64,000 nt of DNA from Bythopirellula sp. (GTDB lineage: Bacteria > Planctomycetota > Planctomycetia > Pirellulales > Lacipirellulaceae): positions 704,001-768,000 of the forward strand of contig OZ244170.1 of the NCBI GenBank assembly GCA_965216565.1. Reading direction: 5' to 3'. A program made the translations under genes and the position numbers. The first letter of the stretch is position 1; every line of letters begins with the position of its first letter. Below the pieces are notes generated by a model, which searched no databases, was not told where the DNA came from, and saw only the letters and a list, made by a program, of their open reading frames with translations. Shown piece by piece: positions 60,486-64,000 of the stretch.

Positions 60486-60692
60486 ATGTTGGTACTCTCG
60501 CGGAAGAAGAACGAGAGCATCGTTATCAACGACGACATCACAATTGTCGTGGTTGAGATTCGAGGCGACAAGGTACGCTTGGGCGTGGAAGCCCCCAAGG
60601 AAGTGCCCGTTCACCGGAACGAAGTTTACGAAGCGATTCGCCGCAATCAACAGGTTGCTGGGGAAGCTGACGCGGGAACCCCCGCCGAATAG
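60486..60692 (+). CDS. csrA: Carbon storage regulator
   Basis: MLVLSRKKNESIVI...VRLGVEAPKEVPVHRNEVY; ATG 60486 follows GAAGGA. Confidence 0.96.
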   Translation: MLVLSRKKNESIVINDDITIVVVEIRGDKVRLGVEAPKEVPVHRNEVYEAIRRNQQVAGEADAGTPAE

Positions 60693-60978
60693 TCTTTCTC
60701 GTCACTCGTTTCGCTGAATTTCTCTCTAGCTGTCTATCGCTCCGGCAGTGTTTCTAGCGGTATTTTCACGACTACGGTCGCATTCAACCGCCAAACTTGC
60801 ATTCGTTCCCTTAGGAACTGAGTGAGTTCAAACCCAGCCTGCTTCTTCTCGGGGGAAATAATAGGGTGGCAAAGTGCGAATCTGCCGTTGCCCTTGACCT
60901 TGTCCAACGGTTGCCTTACTCCTATAGTCTTCTCATCCACACGAGCTTAGCTGCCGTGGGATGCATTCAAGAAGAGTT

Positions 60979-61051
60979 GGCCCCTTCGTCTAGCGGTCTA
61001 GGACTCCGGCCTTTCACGCCGGCAACACGGGTTCGAGTCCCGTAGGGGTCA
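60979..61051 (+). tRNA. tRNA-Glu(TTC), CCA not encoded
   Basis: GGCCCCTTCGTCTAGCGGTCTAGGACT-CCGGC CT TTC AC GCCGG-CAACACGGGTTCGAGTCCCGTAGGGGTCA. Confidence 0.97.
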
Positions 61052-61219
61052 CTTTTTCTTTTCTCTGCCTTATCGGAATCCTCTTCTTCGAGTCCGAACG
61101 AAAGGCCATTCACCCAAGAAGGATGGCCAAATTGTGCCAGAAAATAGGTGAGGCTGGGCCAAAACTATATCTTGTGTTCATCAATTTTTGCCATACAGCG
61201 GATGGTGTTTTTGCGAATT

Positions 61220-61579
61220 CTATTTTTCGAAAAAATAGCTTCGAGCCGAAAAAACCAGCCCGACCATCAACAGGTTGACTAGCACGGCGACGATGTTGAT
61301 GCCCAAAAAACCGATCACGTGGTAACCGGCGATGATTAGAAACAGGAAATAAACCCACCGCCAGCCCTTGAGTAATCCCGTGATGAATAGGACTTTCGCC
61401 AGGAGCCAATACAGGGCAATCGGCTGATCCAGCACGGAGAGCAGATTTCCTAAGCCCTCCAAGCCGAGGAGTACCACGACCACCCAAATTTGCCAGGGAA
61501 CAGAACTCGGCGAGTTTACCGAGGATTGTTCGCTATCCAAATTTTCGGCTGTGCTGGGAACTTGATTTTCTACGTTCAT
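61220..61579 (-). CDS. Small membrane protein
   Basis: GAGGA RBS upstream; ~4 hydrophobic segments; ends ARSYF. Confidence 0.65.
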   Translation of the reverse strand: MNVENQVPSTAENLDSEQSSVNSPSSVPWQIWVVVVLLGLEGLGNLLSVLDQPIALYWLLAKVLFITGLLKGWRWVYFLFLIIAGYHVIGFLGINIVAVLVNLLMVGLVFSARSYFFEK

Positions 61580-61929
61580 CGCCGCGCTTCCTCATTGTCG
61601 ACTGGCGAACCCGTCGACTGGCATAACCTGAAACAACCGGTTGATGGCATTGGCATCCTCGGTGCCGCATTTATTCTATCAATTTTTAGATGCCAAAATG
61701 AGAGGCCCCCCTGGTCCGTCGAAAAAAAAAGGACTGGCACGGTGACACAATGTGCGCGAAGGACTGAAACCGAATTCGGGCATCGAGCCAGTCCCTATTT
61801 GTGTGACTCATGTCTGTAGCCACCGTCGCCAAACGGTGGATTCGCAGTACCGTATCAAATGACGGGTTGTCATCGGTTCAAACCGGTCAACAATGACGAT
61901 GTATCAAACCTCTTTAAAGTGAGCAAAAA

Positions 61930-62967
61930 GTGACCTCATACGATGCCATTCTGTTGGTTTCATTCGGAGGGCCCGAGGGTCCCGACGAGGTGATGCCATT
62001 TCTGGAAAACGTTCTCCGTGGCAAGAACGTACCGCGCCAGCGGATGTTGGAAGTTGCCGAGCACTATCAACATTTTGGCGGCGTGAGTCCCATCAACGAG
62101 CAGAACCGTCAGTTGATAGCCGCCTTAGAAAAAGAACTAAAAGAGCACGGCCCCCGATTGCCCGTGTACTGGGGAAATCGCAATTGGCATCCCCTGTTGC
62201 CAGATACGCTGCAAAAGATGGCCGACGATGGCGTTCAGCGGGCGATTGCTTTTTTCACCAGCGGTTTCAGTTGCTATTCGGGTTGTCGGCAGTATCGCGA
62301 AGATATTGCCCGCGCTCGAGAAGTGGTTGGCGACCAGGCTCCGGAGATCGACAAGCTGCGCGTTTTCTTTAATCACCCCGGCTTTATCGAACCTCAGGTG
62401 AAATCGATTCAGAATTGCTTGGAGGAAATTCCGCAGGAGCGGCGCGAACAGACGCAGATTCTGTTCACCGCTCACAGTATTCCGATGTCGATGGCCGACA
62501 ACTGCCGCTATGTCGCGCAACTGGAAGAGGCGTGTCGGTTGGTTGCCGAGGGGGCAGGGCACGAGCGATACGAACTGGTGTACCAAAGCCGAAGCGGTCC
62601 GCCTCAACAGCCTTGGCTGGAGCCGGACGTTTGCGATCGCATTCGAGAGCTGCATGCGGACGACGGACTACAGGACCTGGTCGTTCTGCCGATTGGATTT
62701 GTTTCCGACCACATGGAGGTACTCTTCGACATCGACACCGAAGCGAAAGAACTCTGCGACGAACTGGGCGTGCATCTCTATCGCGCAGCCACGGTGGGCA
62801 CCCATCCGCGTTTCGTACAAATGGTCCGCGAACTCGTCGAAGAACGCATGGCCGACAGCCCGGTCCGCCTCGCGTTAGGCGAGATGGGCCCCAGCCACGA
62901 CGTCTGCCCCACAGACTGCTGCCTCTACACCCCAACGCGACCGCCGATGGCTGGTAAACCTAGTTAG
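61930..62967 (+). CDS. hemH: Ferrochelatase
   Basis: SFGGPE, HYQHFGGVSP, FTAHSIP, YQSRSG..WLEPD, PIGFVSDHMEVLFDID. Confidence 0.96.
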   Translation: MTSYDAILLVSFGGPEGPDEVMPFLENVLRGKNVPRQRMLEVAEHYQHFGGVSPINEQNRQLIAALEKELKEHGPRLPVYWGNRNWHPLLPDTLQKMADDGVQRAIAFFTSGFSCYSGCRQYREDIARAREVVGDQAPEIDKLRVFFNHPGFIEPQVKSIQNCLEEIPQERREQTQILFTAHSIPMSMADNCRYVAQLEEACRLVAEGAGHERYELVYQSRSGPPQQPWLEPDVCDRIRELHADDGLQDLVVLPIGFVSDHMEVLFDIDTEAKELCDELGVHLYRAATVGTHPRFVQMVRELVEERMADSPVRLALGEMGPSHDVCPTDCCLYTPTRPPMAGKPS

Positions 62968-63059
62968 TGCACAACAAAACCGGCCCGGAAAGTTGAGACT
63001 CTCGCCGAGCCGATGTGAATTGTATGCTCAAGCCAGACGAAACCCTCAACCGTTGAAGT

Positions 63060-63083
63060 TGAGCCGACGGCGCTAGCCGCGGG
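63060..63083. repeat. Solo copy of the REP-like arm found at 34419
   Basis: TGAGCCGACGGCGCTAGCCGCGGG, 24 bp identical to 34419-34442. Confidence 0.85.
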
Positions 63084-63164
63084 TTGAGTGAGACTGAGTG
63101 TCGATCTGTCGCTCCCCGATGTACGCCAGTACGGATTCGTACCTAGAGCGAGCCTTTTGTCGTC

Positions 63165-63224
63165 GTAGCGGGATTCACAAGAATTCCGCGGCGTTGCTGA
63201 CTGAATTCTTGCGAATTCAGCTAC
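63165..63224. repeat. GTAG-type REP doublet (REPIN-like)
   Basis: GTAGCGGGATTCACAAGAATTC ... GAATTCTTGCGAATTCAGCTAC (imperfect inverted pair). Confidence 0.65.
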
Positions 63225-63309
63225 CTCTTCATCTACAGGACCTAGGGTGGGTGGAGCACGTGCAGTTGTTTGGGTTTTGTTAACTAGTCGATTCAAAGAG
63301 CCAGCGCAT

Positions 63310-63348
63310 AAAAAAACCGGCCCGGAATGGTTTGCTTTCCGGGCCGGT
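63310..63348 (-). terminator. Intrinsic terminator of the PEP-CTERM gene
   Basis: On the minus strand, ACCGGCCCGGAA-loop-TTCCGGGCCGGT followed by a T run, 10 bp after the stop. Confidence 0.8.
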
Positions 63349-63358
63349 GCAATGATCG

Positions 63359-64000
63359 CTAGAGTCGTCTGCGGCTGGCCACGGCGAGCAAGCCCACCGC
63401 CACGATGAGCAGGGTGCTTGGCTCGGGGATGGTTGCGTGCTGACGCAGTGTGAAGACAGCCATCGTCGGGTCGTTGTTGACCTCGGGGCTGCCAAAGAAA
63501 TCGGCCGGCACGTTGACTCCTAACCAGAAGAAAGGTGTTTGGCCAGGAGCCACACCTGGAGCTACCGCATTGGGGTCTGGGTTGCCAGGATCGGCAAACC
63601 AATTGACTCGATCTGGAGCAGGAAGCTCGTCAAAAGTGGGGGAATCCTTGAAAAACCCAGTGTGTTCTGACGGGGCAGGATTCTCTTTGAAGAACAAACC
63701 GTCAGATTCTGTCGATTCCTCGAATCCACCAATGCCTTCGCCAATTCCGCGTCCCAGCGCCATATGGAAGTCGGTCCATAGATAGGGCGTTTGGTTCAGC
63801 ACATCCTTGTCGATGGAGATCATCGCATCTTGGCCAATCATATTGCTACTGACGGTGACCTTCACTTCGAGATCCCACCAAAGTTGATTGGGATCGGTTG
63901 CCCCGACAGCTTCGTCGACTTGAAGCGTTGCTAAGAAGAAATGGGCTTCTGGGTCGTTAGGATCTAGGAAAATACTATCAGCTTCGATACGTCCCGCCGT
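63359..64000 (-). CDS. PEP-CTERM protein (partial; start beyond the right edge)
   Basis: Frame is open to 64000; ends IPEPSTLLIVAVGLLAVASRRRL. Confidence 0.85.
   Translation of the reverse strand, partial: TAGRIEADSIFLDPNDPEAHFFLATLQVDEAVGATDPNQLWWDLEVKVTVSSNMIGQDAMISIDKDVLNQTPYLWTDFHMALGRGIGEGIGGFEESTESDGLFFKENPAPSEHTGFFKDSPTFDELPAPDRVNWFADPGNPDPNAVAPGVAPGQTPFFWLGVNVPADFFGSPEVNNDPTMAVFTLRQHATIPEPSTLLIVAVGLLAVASRRRL

Noticed and set aside
62964..63602. 212-aa minus-strand ORF
   Set aside because: Out-of-frame overlap with the PEP-CTERM gene; runs through its terminator and REP elements.

Overview
Planctomycete DNA, most likely Lacipirellulaceae, judged from DUF1559 prepilin-like genes, PEP-CTERM proteins with a GDFD..DGLDFL.WQ tail, and RxSLKxLL N-terminal motifs. 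Left part (1 to ~28 kb): a red-algal galactan utilisation locus, probably mainly for carrageenan. Its minus-strand operon holds an enolase-family cycloisomerase, an aldehyde dehydrogenase, a KDPG-type aldolase, a KDG-type kinase, two S1_19-like sulfatases, two GH16 enzymes and a sugar porter. A divergent GntR gene follows, with three copies of a GTATAC-core palindrome, each overlapping a predicted -10 box. A plus-strand block of six PEP-CTERM surface proteins comes next, bracketed by two DUF1559 genes. Four of the six share an unrecognised ~200-aa domain, which is inserted into one sulfatase but absent from its paralogue. The locus ends in a decayed tyrosine-integrase fragment running into tRNA-Val, suggesting an old tRNA-integrated island. 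Right part (28-64 kb): mostly core genome, with icd, a Usp protein, rnpB (heptamer-repeat insertion in P12), dacB, rsgA, MscS, an M42 peptidase, a Cys-rich repeat lipoprotein, TatD, a rearranged nuo cluster lacking B/E/F/G, csrA, tRNA-Glu and hemH, plus REP/MITE-like elements. No CRISPR array or rRNA was seen. Family and subfamily calls come from motif recognition and recollection of characterised proteins, not database searches.
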